Position numbers and translations under genes: made by a program. From Spirogloea muscicola (taxonomy: Eukaryota), in NCBI GenBank assembly GCA_009602725.1, contig WELB01000025.1, positions 73,388-93,387 of the forward strand: a stretch of 20,000 nt of DNA, given 5' to 3'. Below, one piece after another: positions 9,548 to 20,000 of the stretch (within the stretch, counting starts at the first letter, position 1; each line of letters starts with the position of its first letter). The notes below the pieces were generated by a model. That model searched no databases. It saw only the letters and a program-made list of their open reading frames with translations, and was not told where the DNA came from.

Positions 9548-11879
9548 CTATGCCGGCATATGGCCTTCAGGTGCAGGCTCAAGCTTGAGGCTTGCGTGAG
9601 ATACTGAGCGATGCACTGCAGGTTTGTCGTACCACTGCTGGAGGTGGAGCCCAACCGAGTTCCTCAACACCAGACCGAGCTTGAGGAACATGAACGCCAC
9701 TGGCACGGCAACAATGAAAATGCTCTCCGGCGGCATGCCATGCAGCCAGTGGCCAGTGTGCGTCCACGACCCCATGTATGGTGCAAAGACCAGTACATGT
9801 GCAGCTGGCAGAGGAAAAGTTGCCCATGAAGTTCCACATGACGTAAGCACTGAGACCTGCGGTAGGAGCCAAGTGCTCGAGTGCAACTCGAAATTGTGGT
9901 GCCCACCCACAAAGCATCTTGTAAGCTTCATCAGAGGAGGGAGCACTTACTGCCAAAGAAGACAGAGGCCCAGCCAAGCTTCTTGTGCACAAAGTCCCAC
10001 TCCCTCCAGGACATGCAGGATGCAACGCTGGGCAGGCTGGTGCACCCAAGCACGCACAGGCAGACCGTTGCGACCACTCCAAGCAGGACTGTGAATTCTC
10101 CCACCAAATTCAGAGTCCCACCTGCAAGCCAGCTTTCATTTCCACTTGGCCGAGGCTGTGGTGTGGCCGCAGGATGCGAGGCTGCAGACAGAGCAGCTAG
10201 TGAAGCCTGCTGTTGCTGTACTGAGATGCGTCGCCAAGTCGAATGCGGCTCGTGACACTGTGTGGCTGCACACTTGAATGTGCAGAGCAGAGCAGTGAGG
10301 CACTTACTGTCATTGAAGATGGTATCGCGGTAGGTGTACTCGGGCTTTAACAGTGCGACAGCCAGCACGCCATGGACAGCACCAAACAGGAAGGCCAGGA
10401 GGCCCAGCTGCTTCCGAAGCTCAAGCCACCTAATCATCCATTTGTACAGTGGTTTTGGCGCAACGGTTGCGATGAGGCCAGCAGCATACGTGGCCGTGAG
10501 CAGGTAGAGGCTCAGCCACCCGGTGAGCTTGGACCCTCCGCTGGCTGGAATGTGGCTAAATCCTTCCGCTTCCCACTGGTCCCGCACTGCACATGGTTGT
10601 TCCAGCCTGGTGTCACAGGCAACTCTATTTGTGCTTTGATCTAGTCGCCTCCATGGTCGCAAATACTTGTATGAATGCAGCAGTTGCATTTGCCGCTCAC
10701 CAATGAGGTACACAGTAAGTGGAAGAGACATGAAGAAGGTTACGCAGAGGGCTTGCCGCCACTTGTCAAAGAATTTCATAGGCATGGCTTCCATCCTGGC
10801 AGCTCCAGCAATGCCTGCATAGTGACGAGTAGGTTCACATCAGTGGAAGACAAGAAACAGACCGAATGTGAGCCGCACCAGCAACAATAACACAGAGGGC
10901 TTAGGCGCTCAAGCCCTTCGTTCTGAGCAAGCTATGCACCTCCAATGTCTGCCGGCGTAAAGCCCATGTCGTATATCATCGTGGCCAGAGCTGTCTTGGC
11001 CCTCGTGGACTTGCCGCAGAGCTCCACCACTTTCGGGCCGCCATAGGTGTCAGATGCCCTGCGCACCTGAAGCAATGTCTGAACAGAGCACCTGGATGTC
11101 ATACCCAGGGCCGACCCTTGCGAGCCCGCAGAAAGCAATTCGTATCATCACTTACCGAAGTTGGTAGGCGGAGCAGGTGTTGAAGCACTTGAGAACCTGA
11201 GAGTGAGGCAGCATCTTGGCTACCATCTCGCCCATGGACGGCTGCCCCGCCAGCTTGGGCACTGCGCCGGGGTTGCTCGTCTCCACCACAATCTTGCCGG
11301 CCAGCGCTTGCTCCGCCTCTGTGGCGGGTGTTTGCAGGTAACGAGTCAGACCCGTTAACTGCACTCTCACTCTTAGCCAGCTCTTCATCGGTTGCTCACA
11401 AGTGCTCAACGGGTCATTGGTTCTGCACCTTGTATGAGGGCCTGGAGGCTCCAAGCCGGCACCGCGAGGATGACAATGTCTGCCAGGAAGATGGCTCGCT
11501 TCACTGATGCCACCTCGCAGTGCTCCGGAATGGGGAACTGCTTCGACACCTTTCCTGAGTCCAGCCGATAGAGATCAACCTGCTCAAGGCCTCGCCACCT
11601 CGCCAAGCTCTGCTGAGCATTGCCGCCGGTAAACGGGCACACAAGAAGCTTTGGGCAGGGGTCCTGCATATCTGTGTGCCCACCTGAGCGGGAGCCAAAG
11701 ACGACATGGAAGCCGGCGCGGGACATCCGCGTGCCCAGTGCAGTGCCAAACATCCCCAGCCCGATCACGGCCACGCGCTTCCGCTCCAGTGCCTGCAGCT
11801 TGCGGGCCTGCGGCGTGGCAGCGGCCTGGCACCCGCTCGCCCCGCTCGGCGTCTGCAAGCGGCGCCGTATAGGAGTCAT
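9548..11879 (-). CDS. STEAP: STEAP2/3/4-like metalloreductase (F420H2:NADP+ oxidoreductase-like N-terminal domain plus ferric-reductase TM domain). Exons: 11879 or 11852-11684, 11554-11429, 11318-11156, 11058-10940, 10814-10701, 10586-10308, 10121-9951, 9804-9548; 5' end uncertain
   Basis: Rossmann motif VAVIGLGMFG, then VVFGSR, DIVILAVP, GKIVVETSN, VLKCFN, GFTPADIG, EAMPMKFFDKWR, WLELRKQLGLL...VH, TSLPSV..MSWREW.FV...LG, TAHVLV, PP. These STEAP signature motifs are in order with both heme-ligand His. All junctions are GT-AG and phase-consistent. Confidence 0.88.
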
Positions 11880-12026
11880 TGTCACAGTATGATATGATGT
11901 ATGCCCAAAGTCACAACTATTCCAACCAGTCTTCCAACATATACAGAGCACAAGTAGCCCTCTTTACAGCAACAGAACAACATAACTAAACAGAACACGA
12001 GTCAGTCTTCTAGACAGGGACTGCAC

Positions 12027-12415
12027 TCAGGATGCAATGAAGCCCTTCGCCGGCGGCCATGCCAGCCGCAGGCCATTGCCGAAGGTCCGCTCGCTCACGG
12101 CGGCAATGTGGGCGCGCTCCTGGTGATACGGCCCCGTCAGGACGCGCTTCAGCTGGACGCCGGGGCTGGCCAGCGGCTGCTGGTGGCCGCGGCGGCCGCG
12201 CCTCGGCTTGTTGGCGACGTCCGGAACGCTCAGGTCCACTGGAGCCTCCCAGCTCGGCGCTCGCGGGCTGGCGCCCGGCCGTCTCTGCAGCGGCGACGGC
12301 GACGGCAGGCCCGGCGACGGCGGCGCCAGCGGCAGCACGTCCAGGACGAGCGCCGGCCGGACGAGAGCGTGGCGCAGCGGACGCCCGAGCTCCAGGCCGT
12401 CGACGGCATCGCCGC
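12027..12415 (-). CDS. GC-rich coding-like segment of unknown function; possibly an upstream STEAP exon or the 3' end of a separate gene
   Basis: Open frame GDAVDGLELGRPLRHALVRP...AKGFIAS* from the gap edge with exon-like GC content. No convincing in-phase donor to the STEAP exon at 11852 was found. Confidence 0.4.
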
Positions 12416-12632
12416 NNNNNNNNNNNNNNNNNNNNNNNNNNNNNNNNNNNNNNNNNNNNNNNNNNNNNNNNNNNNNNNNNNNNNNNNNNNNNNNNNNNNN
12501 NNNNNNNNNNNNNNNNNNNNNNNNNNNNNNNNNNNNNNNNNNNNNNNNNNNNNNNNNNNNNNNNNNNNNNNNNNNNNNNNNNNNNNNNNNNNNNNNNNNN
12601 NNNNNNNNNNNNNNNNNNNNNNNNNNNNNNNN

Positions 12633-12794
<162 letters not shown>

Positions 12795-13074
12795 CGGGCA
12801 CCTACTCCCGGGCAAGAGGGCCACCCAGGGCCGGCAGTTGCGGTTCTCGGGGTTGACCGACCGGACACGTGGCGGGCTCCGGCGCGAGCTGCTGACGGCC
12901 TTGCACGGGGGTCGCGGTGCCGAGCCTGTTGACTCGGGCCCCGCACCCTCTCGCTGACTCTGCCGGCTGTGCCCACGTGGGCCTCGCAGCTACCCGTGGG
13001 CTCCCGAGCGGCCGTCCTTGGTGCGTGCTTGTCCTCCCAGCGTGGCTTCCCGACTCTGCTCAACCTTGTCAGAC

Positions 13075-13292
13075 TTGGGTAGGCTGGCCCTTACCAGGCC
13101 TCGCCCCCTTCGGAAATAGCTGCTTCTGAAGCAGCTCAGCTGAGCCTTGGTAAGGCCTATGGGTCAGAGGTGAGCGCACAGTGGCCACTTGCCTGGCTGT
13201 GTGCTTCAGCGCTTTTCTGGCCCCTTCGAAGGACGTTCTGAACTGGCCAACCACAGCCATCGCCCTCTACTGGAAGAGTTTTCCTCTCAGAA
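13075..13292 (+). mobile_element. Two tandem 3'-UTR fragments of the RLE retroelement family (~13075-13130 and ~13165-13292)
   Basis: GGCTGGCCCTTACCAGGCCTCGCCCCCTTCGGAAATAGCTGCTTC resembles the reverse complement of 371-415. GTGGCCACT...AGCGCTTTTCTGGCCCCTTC...CTGGCCAACCACAGCCATCGCCCTCTACTGG resembles the reverse complement of 9202-9305. Confidence 0.75.
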
Positions 13293-14034
13293 AGCTCAAC
13301 CAAGCTCCTTTGATCTCGACTACGCGCTGCGGCCGCAGTGAGCTCAGCGCCGTGGCCGAGGCACTTGAGACAGTGGTACGCGCTCGTACGCAACGCATGT
13401 AGGAGCGCCCCTCCAGATACCTGCGGGCAAAGGCATGGTTCCCGCCTCGCACCACTGACTTCTTATTGATATGCCAACAAATGATGCTCTATGCTTGCAG
13501 CCAGCAACAGTTTGGCTGGTTCTGTGTGCAGCACGACGCAGTCTTCAGAAGTACCTTCAAAACCAGCTGTCTCATTCTATGGCACCTTCAGAGGTAGCTT
13601 GTCTCATTCTACAGCGCCACCGTCTCTTGAGCTTGGTCTGCCTGCCTTAATCAGGAATAGAAGCAGCTGCTACTGCCAAGAATTCTGCAACTCTGAAGGA
13701 GCCCAAAGTAGCAGCAATGTGCGGGGTGCTCACTTCACAGTCTACAGGTGGCTGGGCAGAGCTCTGGATGGACCGTAAATGACTCTGACTCAATAGCAAT
13801 ACCCACTTTCCAGCATGTCCAATACCTCAGCAGCCTGAATGAAGTGCCCTGACTAGACTGGAGTCCAGGTAGCTGGCAGCGGACTACGAGCTCGGCTTGA
13901 GAAGCATGAAGGTCTTATTGTACAATTCCAACAAGCTCCTCGAGTATGTTTGCTGGTGGCGTCATGGCTGGATGACTGGTGACAATCACTGCCGCTGTGA
14001 TTCTGACACAGGTGGAAGGTATCCGATGGCACAG

Positions 14035-15551
14035 TTAGTGCGTGGCAAAGGGGCCCTCCATGTTGCTAGATGTGCCGCTGCCCTCTGTCTCGGTGGTCAA
14101 AGGAACGGTGTGCGAAGGAAGGCCCCCACTGCCATTGCCATTGGTGCCGTCCGCCACCACGTTCACATTCATACCAAATAGCGTGGCCAGCACCTCACGA
14201 TGCGCAGCGGCGTTGAAGCAAAACCACGAGAGGTGGCCCTCCCCAGGCAGCAGGTGCAATGTCACGAGGCCTGGCACGCGGTCACGCACCCATTTCTGCA
14301 TGCGCACTGAGACGAGGCTGTCCTCTGTGCCCTGCCAGACGTGCACTGGCCCGGCAAAGGCTGCCGCAATGTCTGCTGGCTGGAAGTCCCAAGGGCGAAA
14401 CAGCAGCTCCAAGTCCTGCGACCGTAACGTATCCCAGCGGGTGGCGTTTAGGAGCGCGGCAGAAGGTAGCCAAGGGGGTCTGAAGGGGAATGGAAGCGGG
14501 CGGACCTTGGCGAGGCCGGCGCCATGGAACCCCCTCGCAAGCGACTCGAGGCTGTCGCGCAGCATCATTGCTGCGTGGTCCGGCGCCGCCAGATGCGCGC
14601 GGTCGGGCGCAGAGAGCCTGGTTTGGGCGCGCTTTACCCACGGCTCGCCTGCACGGCGCACCGTGAAAAGCCGCACGAAGAGCCGCAGCACCGGCGGCGG
14701 CAACTTGCTGCCGAGCCACAGTATCTGGCGGCCGGTAGCGCCTGTCTCCGCCTCCATTGCCCGCCGCTCCGCCGCCGAGATGCCCTGCCACTGGTAGCAG
14801 CCGACAGGCGCCCATAGCGCAAGGCCGGCAACGCGGCCGGGGAGGTATCGTGCAAGCGCCCACGCATAAGCGCCGCCAGCTGAGTACCCCAGCACCCAGA
14901 AGCGGTCGCCCAGCGCAAGTGCCTCGCCGTGGGCAAGTGCCTCCACATCGGTAGCAAATTGGTGGAACGTCAGGCCATGGTCAGGGTCTGAGCGCCCATA
15001 CCCCGGCCGGTCAATGGCCACCATCCGCACGCCGAACTCTCGCAGCAGCTCGTCGGACACACCTGTTGCCCGCAGTGGCGACAACAGCGCCGCCAGCGGC
15101 AGCCCAGCGAGTGAGCGAGCGAGGCGTCATGTCAGGATCAGCTGGCGGCTCCCCCAGCTGGCACCGCTGCAGCTGGCGGGGCCGGCGCAAGGCTGCACCA
15201 GGCATGTTGGCTAGCCGCGACGAGCCAAGGCCGTGGAGCACGAGCAGCGTGCGAGCAGCTTCGCCGCGCACTGCGCCCTTTTCCAGGTATGACACGCGAT
15301 GCCCATTCGGCAGCTGGACCTGCCCACCCAATGTCCAGCAGCAGCAACCTCAGAAAAATTTGCGGTGCAGCAGAGACAAGCTCAGGCACTGAGCGCGGCA
15401 CTACCGGCTGCGGTCGTTGCGAGACAGGATTGTGCGGCGTCCTTACTTGGGCGGGGCGGGAGTCGTCTGCCAAAGGCGAGCTTGGCGGCGCCTGCGCAGC
15501 GGCCAGCGATCCTCCAGGCAGGCCAGCGGCTGCCAGGGAGGCAGTCGCCAT
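14035..15551 (-). CDS. Alpha/beta-fold hydrolase (Abhydrolase_1 type). Exons: 15551-15447 (may extend to ATG 15854), 15319-15199, 15062-14506, 14415-14035
   Basis: VLHGLGSSRL oxyanion motif, IDRPGYGRSD, nucleophile elbow GYSAG, WQGTED acid, EGH catalytic His. GT-AG junctions are in phase. Confidence 0.9.
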
Positions 15552-16242
15552 CTTCACAGAGAAGCGCAGAGGCGTCAGAGCCCCAGGGCTCTGGCTGGCG
15601 GTGAGCTCTTGAAAGGGTCGCCTGCTGCTGAGACGAGCTGTGGCAGGCTGCCCGGCGGCTCCGGCTGCACACAGGAGTGCGGCGGGTGGGGGCGCAGCAG
15701 GCTCATGCTCGGCGAGCACAAGCGTCTGTGCCTCGTCTCCTCCCTCTCCCCCTCTCTCCTGGCTGGCTGTTGGCACCCTCGGGGTTGGGGCCACCGTCGG
15801 CAGGGCCAGGGTGGAGGGTGGACGAGCCACCTTCTTTCTCGAGGCAATCGACATCTTTGGCTGCTTAGAGTCCTCGTACCCTTACTCTCCTTCCAAACAC
15901 GGCCAATCTAGGCTACACACGACATGCAGATGTGTACCCGGCTGAGATGGGCTTGCCAGCTGCATATCTGTCGTTCTTGCCACGACGAGTTTCGGCCTGT
16001 TTGCAGCGTGCTCAGGCTAATGCCTTGCACCAGAAAGCTGGGCGAGCTTTAGTTGGTGGCAGAAGGGCTTCGTAGCTGCCATCTAGTATTCAGGCATCGA
16101 TTAGCGACCTTTATGTTTTGACCCGTGGTTACTGAGCGGGTCAATTCACTGTAGGTTATGTAGGTCTTAAGATGTGCTTGCCTCTGTACTTAGCCATTTG
16201 GCCTTCGTTTGTTTCAAATACACGACATTCTCTTTCTTTCTC

Positions 16243-16935
16243 CAGGGAGGGAGGGCGCGCGGTGCGCATGAATTGAGAAAGTGGCTCTCCCAATGGGGGC
16301 AAGGGCTGTGAAAAGCCAGCCCGAACCGAATCGACAAAGGGTCGAAGGGGCCTAATGACGGAGGAGCCTAAACGCGGTATGTCAGAGCGGGTGGAGGATG
16401 GACCACTCAGTAGCTACGAGTGAGGAGCCTCAAATTGGGCAGACTAGCAGCCGGAAATCAATTCCCCTGACGAAAGCCAGAGGCTGCAGCGAGAGCACGG
16501 CCAGCACGCAGATGCAAGGAGTGGGCCATGGACCGCTGAAGGGACATTGAAAGACGCATGTGATAAACCTGGGCCCACGAGCCAGCGGTGTTGAAGGCAG
16601 CCGGCTCACCTCGCCTGCGGGACACAGCGCGTTGCGCACGCCTGCCTAGCAGGTCGAGCCACTGGGACCCAAGAGCCCCGTGCACATCCACGGCCCGCAA
16701 ATCCATGATTTTGGTCTCATTCCATTTTCCAGGGTACGAACTCGTCTCCAGCCGGGTGGTCAGCATGTTTGGCCGCCTTGCTGCGAGTGGCCATCACCGC
16801 AGCATGGCCAGCCCGCAAGGCAGAGAGCTCCGGATTGGATCGGTCCACCACATCGGTGGTGACCACGTCTGCAGTAATGCACGCGCCGCCTCCCGGCGTC
16901 AAGGCCACCAAGTCGACCCGGCGCGCGAGAGGGAT
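16243..16935 (-). mobile_element. Longest RLE retroelement remnant: pseudogenised restriction-like endonuclease domain (CRE-like non-LTR retrotransposon) plus 3' UTR
   Basis: RRVDLV...ADVVTTD...GHAAVMATRSKAAKHA...FVP[~34-nt insertion within 16695-16731]AVDVHGALG...RLSMSLQRSMA...GFRQGN*FPAASLPNLRLLTRSY* (true stop 16407-16409). This fits the R-x-D...D-V...K..KY...FVP.AVE..G.LG...LS..LQR pattern of CRE-clade endonucleases. Hairpin at 16303-16322. Confidence 0.8.
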
Positions 16936-17061
16936 GCCAAAGCAAGCCAGTGTACATTGTAAGAGAAAAGTAATGTAAGCATAGTGATAGATGATGGTTG
17001 TGGCACATAAGGCCCTCCTTGCTAACGCAGACCGCCCCTGCTAAAGTAGTACAACTTTAGC

Positions 17062-17116
17062 TTCGGGCTAGCCCGCTTCCATTGGAGGGGCCACTTGCTG
17101 GCACTTCCCTGCCTAG
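17062..17116 (+). repeat. Inverted, internally deleted copy of the element 3' end
   Basis: TTCGGGCT/AGCCCGCTTCCATTGGAGGGGCCACTT resembles the reverse complement of 16279-16325 minus ~10 nt of the hairpin. Confidence 0.6.
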
Positions 17117-17587
17117 ATTTGCTGTCAGGTGGGTACGCCCGAAGAATAGGCCAGTCAAGGTGCTTTTCGTTTGGACTGTACATCCTTTACAGCTACAGCA
17201 GAATTTGTAAACAACTCCTAGGGGCAGTCTCCTGCTCCTTTGCTAGTTGACAGACCATCTGGTTTGTGAGTAGCTTGTCATTGTCTGCACGAGACCTGGA
17301 GACACGATGAGTGAAGGTCCACTGTCTGCAATGTAGCTAGGGAGAATGGGCCATAAGGCATTAAGCATATGTACATAGACACACCATGCCCACAGTAACT
17401 GCTGCCCTGTGCAAGCTTCGCTTACCACAAGCACACTGTCTATGAGAATGTGTGTCAATCAAATTTGGCAACACTGTCACTCAAACATGGCAATAGCTCC
17501 AGTATGACAAGCAAGCTCAGTCCTACCTCCGCCAGCTTGTGCATCGAGCTAATGCCAGACGCATTGCCATTAGTCGTACTTAAGACC

Positions 17588-20000
17588 TCAATGGCGTACG
17601 GATTTAAGTGGCAGTGGCACAGGTGTCAAATCAGGAGCTAAAGGGGATGAGGACTTCAAAGCAGGAAGACTGGAGTAGATGCCATACAGAGCAAAAAGCA
17701 CCCCGAACAAAATAAACAGAGAGTCACTGATCCTGGCCACGTAGCTCAGCTCATCGCCGAAAATATGTAGGTGGAAGATAGCCGGAAGGACGAATGCTAA
17801 CATCGCACACACTGTGCTTCCCACCAGGGAAATGAAAGCGGCAAAGCCAGGAACCTGGCAAGATGCACCCAATTTCATTGACGTGAAGTAGAGCCAATAC
17901 AGCGAAGGCAGGGCGCTTGAGCTCAACTTCCTCTTCTGCTGACGAATGTCGACATGGTGGTTACTCCTTCAGGAGAAATATTAAGTAGGTCACAAGCTCT
18001 TCAGAATGTGGGGTGACTATGGCAGCGTCAGTAGCTCACCTTGACAGCAAGGACGGCTGTGAGCAGGACAATGCCGGCCCTGATGGCCCTCAACACAGCA
18101 GCCCTCATCTGCGTAGATGGCTGTAGGAGCTTCTCAAAGGAGATGCTGTGACCGATCCTCCTCTCAAATATCTCATGCACAGGCTGCATCATCACTGCAA
18201 CAACTCCTCAAGTCATTGCACACGTCACATGATGCTAAGAAACAAGCCTTCTCCAATGCTTGACGGACTCCAGCAAGTGCAGTTGCGAAGGCATAAACAA
18301 CCAGCCGTTGTATACCTGGGTAAGTGAAAAATAGACCAACACAAAGCCCCAGTTTGACTGCAACAGTTGACCAGTCGTTTGGAAGGTTCAAAGTGATGAT
18401 GTCTTTGGTTTTATCTGCAAAGGCCAGGTAGCCAACTATTCCAAAGGAGACGTAGACCACTGTAATACCAAAGAATGCAAGGCCTGCTCACAGATTGACA
18501 AGGGACCTCGTACATCAGGGAGAGTGTCAAAGAAGCTACAGTTCTGGTACTAAAAGGTGCAAGGTGCAACATAAGGCGATGCAGCGGGGCCACTGAAGTA
18601 ACTTCTGAGCATGAAGTTATTGGCTGATCCAATTCTCACCAAGCACTTTGGGAAATTTAGAGCGGTCTTTCAAGGAGGCCTCGAGCGGGAGGGTCATGCT
18701 AAAGCCCTCGTAACAGTAAATGGCCACCCCAATAGCAAAAGGCACCTCAGCACCGTCTGTGAAAGCCCTGACCTGAGAGAAGCCAGAAAAGCTACCTAAG
18801 TCGTCCTTGATGACCACAGCCATGGCTGCAAAATGCCGACATTATTGCCAAAGCTCAGCAATGTGGATTTCCAGCTCCCCTTATATGGGCAGAGTCTGCT
18901 TGCCCATGTGTTTGCAATCATCCACTACAAAGTACATTCTTCAGGATTCTCATGCATAGGCACACACCTAGTAGGTTAGCAACGTCCGCGACGATGCTGA
19001 ATGGGGCCAGGCCTGCCAGCGAGCGTACCCAAGCTAGGAGGACCTGTAACAGACAGTTGCGTTAGGCACATGCGTGCTTCAGGCATGATACTGGGAGTCT
19101 ATACAACAAGGAGCAAGCAACCTTCTACACCAGTTTCATGCACACTGGCGTCAGTACTCAATCGGTCGAAGATGCATGTAATTTGAAGCGGCGGCAGCAG
19201 CGGCTGACACAAAGCGACAAGGCGGGTGAGGTCTGTCGAGCCACCTGAAAGGGCAGGAGGAGGAAGATGAAGAACGCCTTGCTGTATGCCGACTGCCCAG
19301 CAATGGACGACAGGTTCTCGCCGATGAACAGGAGGTACGCCACGCAGCAGCCGCCCTGAGAGACCAGGACCAGGGAGTCGACCGCCGCGTGGCCGATCTC
19401 CCCGTAGGCGTGCCGCCCCAGCTCCCCGTACGTCTTGATCTCCTCGTCCCCGTCCTGCCCGAGCTTCTGCCGGCACCACACCTAATGCCAGCCGGCAACG
19501 ACGGCAGGCAGCTTGTAAGCGCTTGTGAGCCTGGACTGCCTCGTCAAGCACGCATCTCCAGCTCGTCTCACCAACTAGCTGCAGCCAATGCCAAGCGCAG
19601 CATGCAGCCTCGTCTCGTCGTAACGACACGAGCCTGTTGGCCGACGAGGGCCGCCTGCCGTCGCCGCTGGCCTGCCAGAGTGATGCATGGGCCCCGCAGC
19701 AGCGTCGGCCTGCTGCAGATTTCTCGTCTGGATGAAGCGGGAGATGCACGGAGAGGTGGCTCCGGGGAGCGCCGGGAGCTCACCAGCAGCATCATGCAGT
19801 AGTAGCAGAGGGCGGCGGCGGCGACGACGGCTGCGGCGCCGAGGAGCCAGCCGGCGCGCATGAAGGTGTAGGGCAGGCCGAGGACGCCGGCCCCGACGAT
19901 GGAGATGACGATGTTGCCCAGCGTCTTCTTCGCAGACGCCAGACGCGGCGGCCGGGCGCCGGCGGCCGCCGGGAGCGGCGGCAGCAGCGGCGCACCGCCG
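17588..20000 (-). CDS. ANT1: Amino acid transporter, AAAP family (ANT1/AVT3-like), 5'-partial. Exons: >20000-19784, 19481-19245, 19043-18968, 18825-18640, 18483-18316, 18194-18040, 17854-17588
   Basis: KTLGNIVISIVGAGVLGLPYTFMRAGW, TYGELG, SQGGCCVAYLLFIGENL, LAPFSIVADVAN, GVAIYCYEGFSMTLPLE, IITLNLPNDW, VPGFAAFISLVGSTVCAMLAFVLPA. Junctions are in phase. Confidence 0.92.

Noticed and set aside
13300..13400. AYHCLKCLGHGAELTAAAARSRD (-) resembling the CCHC finger that precedes RLE domains
   Set aside because: The match is short, lacks the upstream Cys pair and second His, and cannot be told from chance.

Overview
Eukaryotic, GC-rich, intron-dense genomic DNA with three N-gaps. The gene set suggests a streptophyte green alga (inference; Zygnematophyceae-like). 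Six host genes can be reconstructed by hand from GT-AG junctions: a ZF-HD class homeobox gene (-, 5' end in gap), a plastid-type class A DnaJ (+), a small Gly/Pro/Gln-rich protein (-), a near-complete STEAP2-4-like metalloreductase with NADPH oxidoreductase and heme transmembrane domains (-), an alpha/beta hydrolase (-) and an ANT1/AVT3-like amino acid transporter (-, runs off the window). The intergenic spaces hold about ten diverged, 5'-truncated fragments of one retroelement family with a C-terminal restriction-like endonuclease (CRE-like). The copies share a '...L-T-R-G-Y-stop' C-terminus and a 3'-UTR stem-loop, lack poly(A) tails, and sit in tandem, tail-to-tail and head-to-head clusters. 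The most notable points are the animal-type STEAP in a plant-lineage genome, two alternative terminal exons in the DnaJ gene (membrane tail-anchor vs short amphipathic tail), and the retroelement family. All exon models and alignments were done by eye, without database searches.
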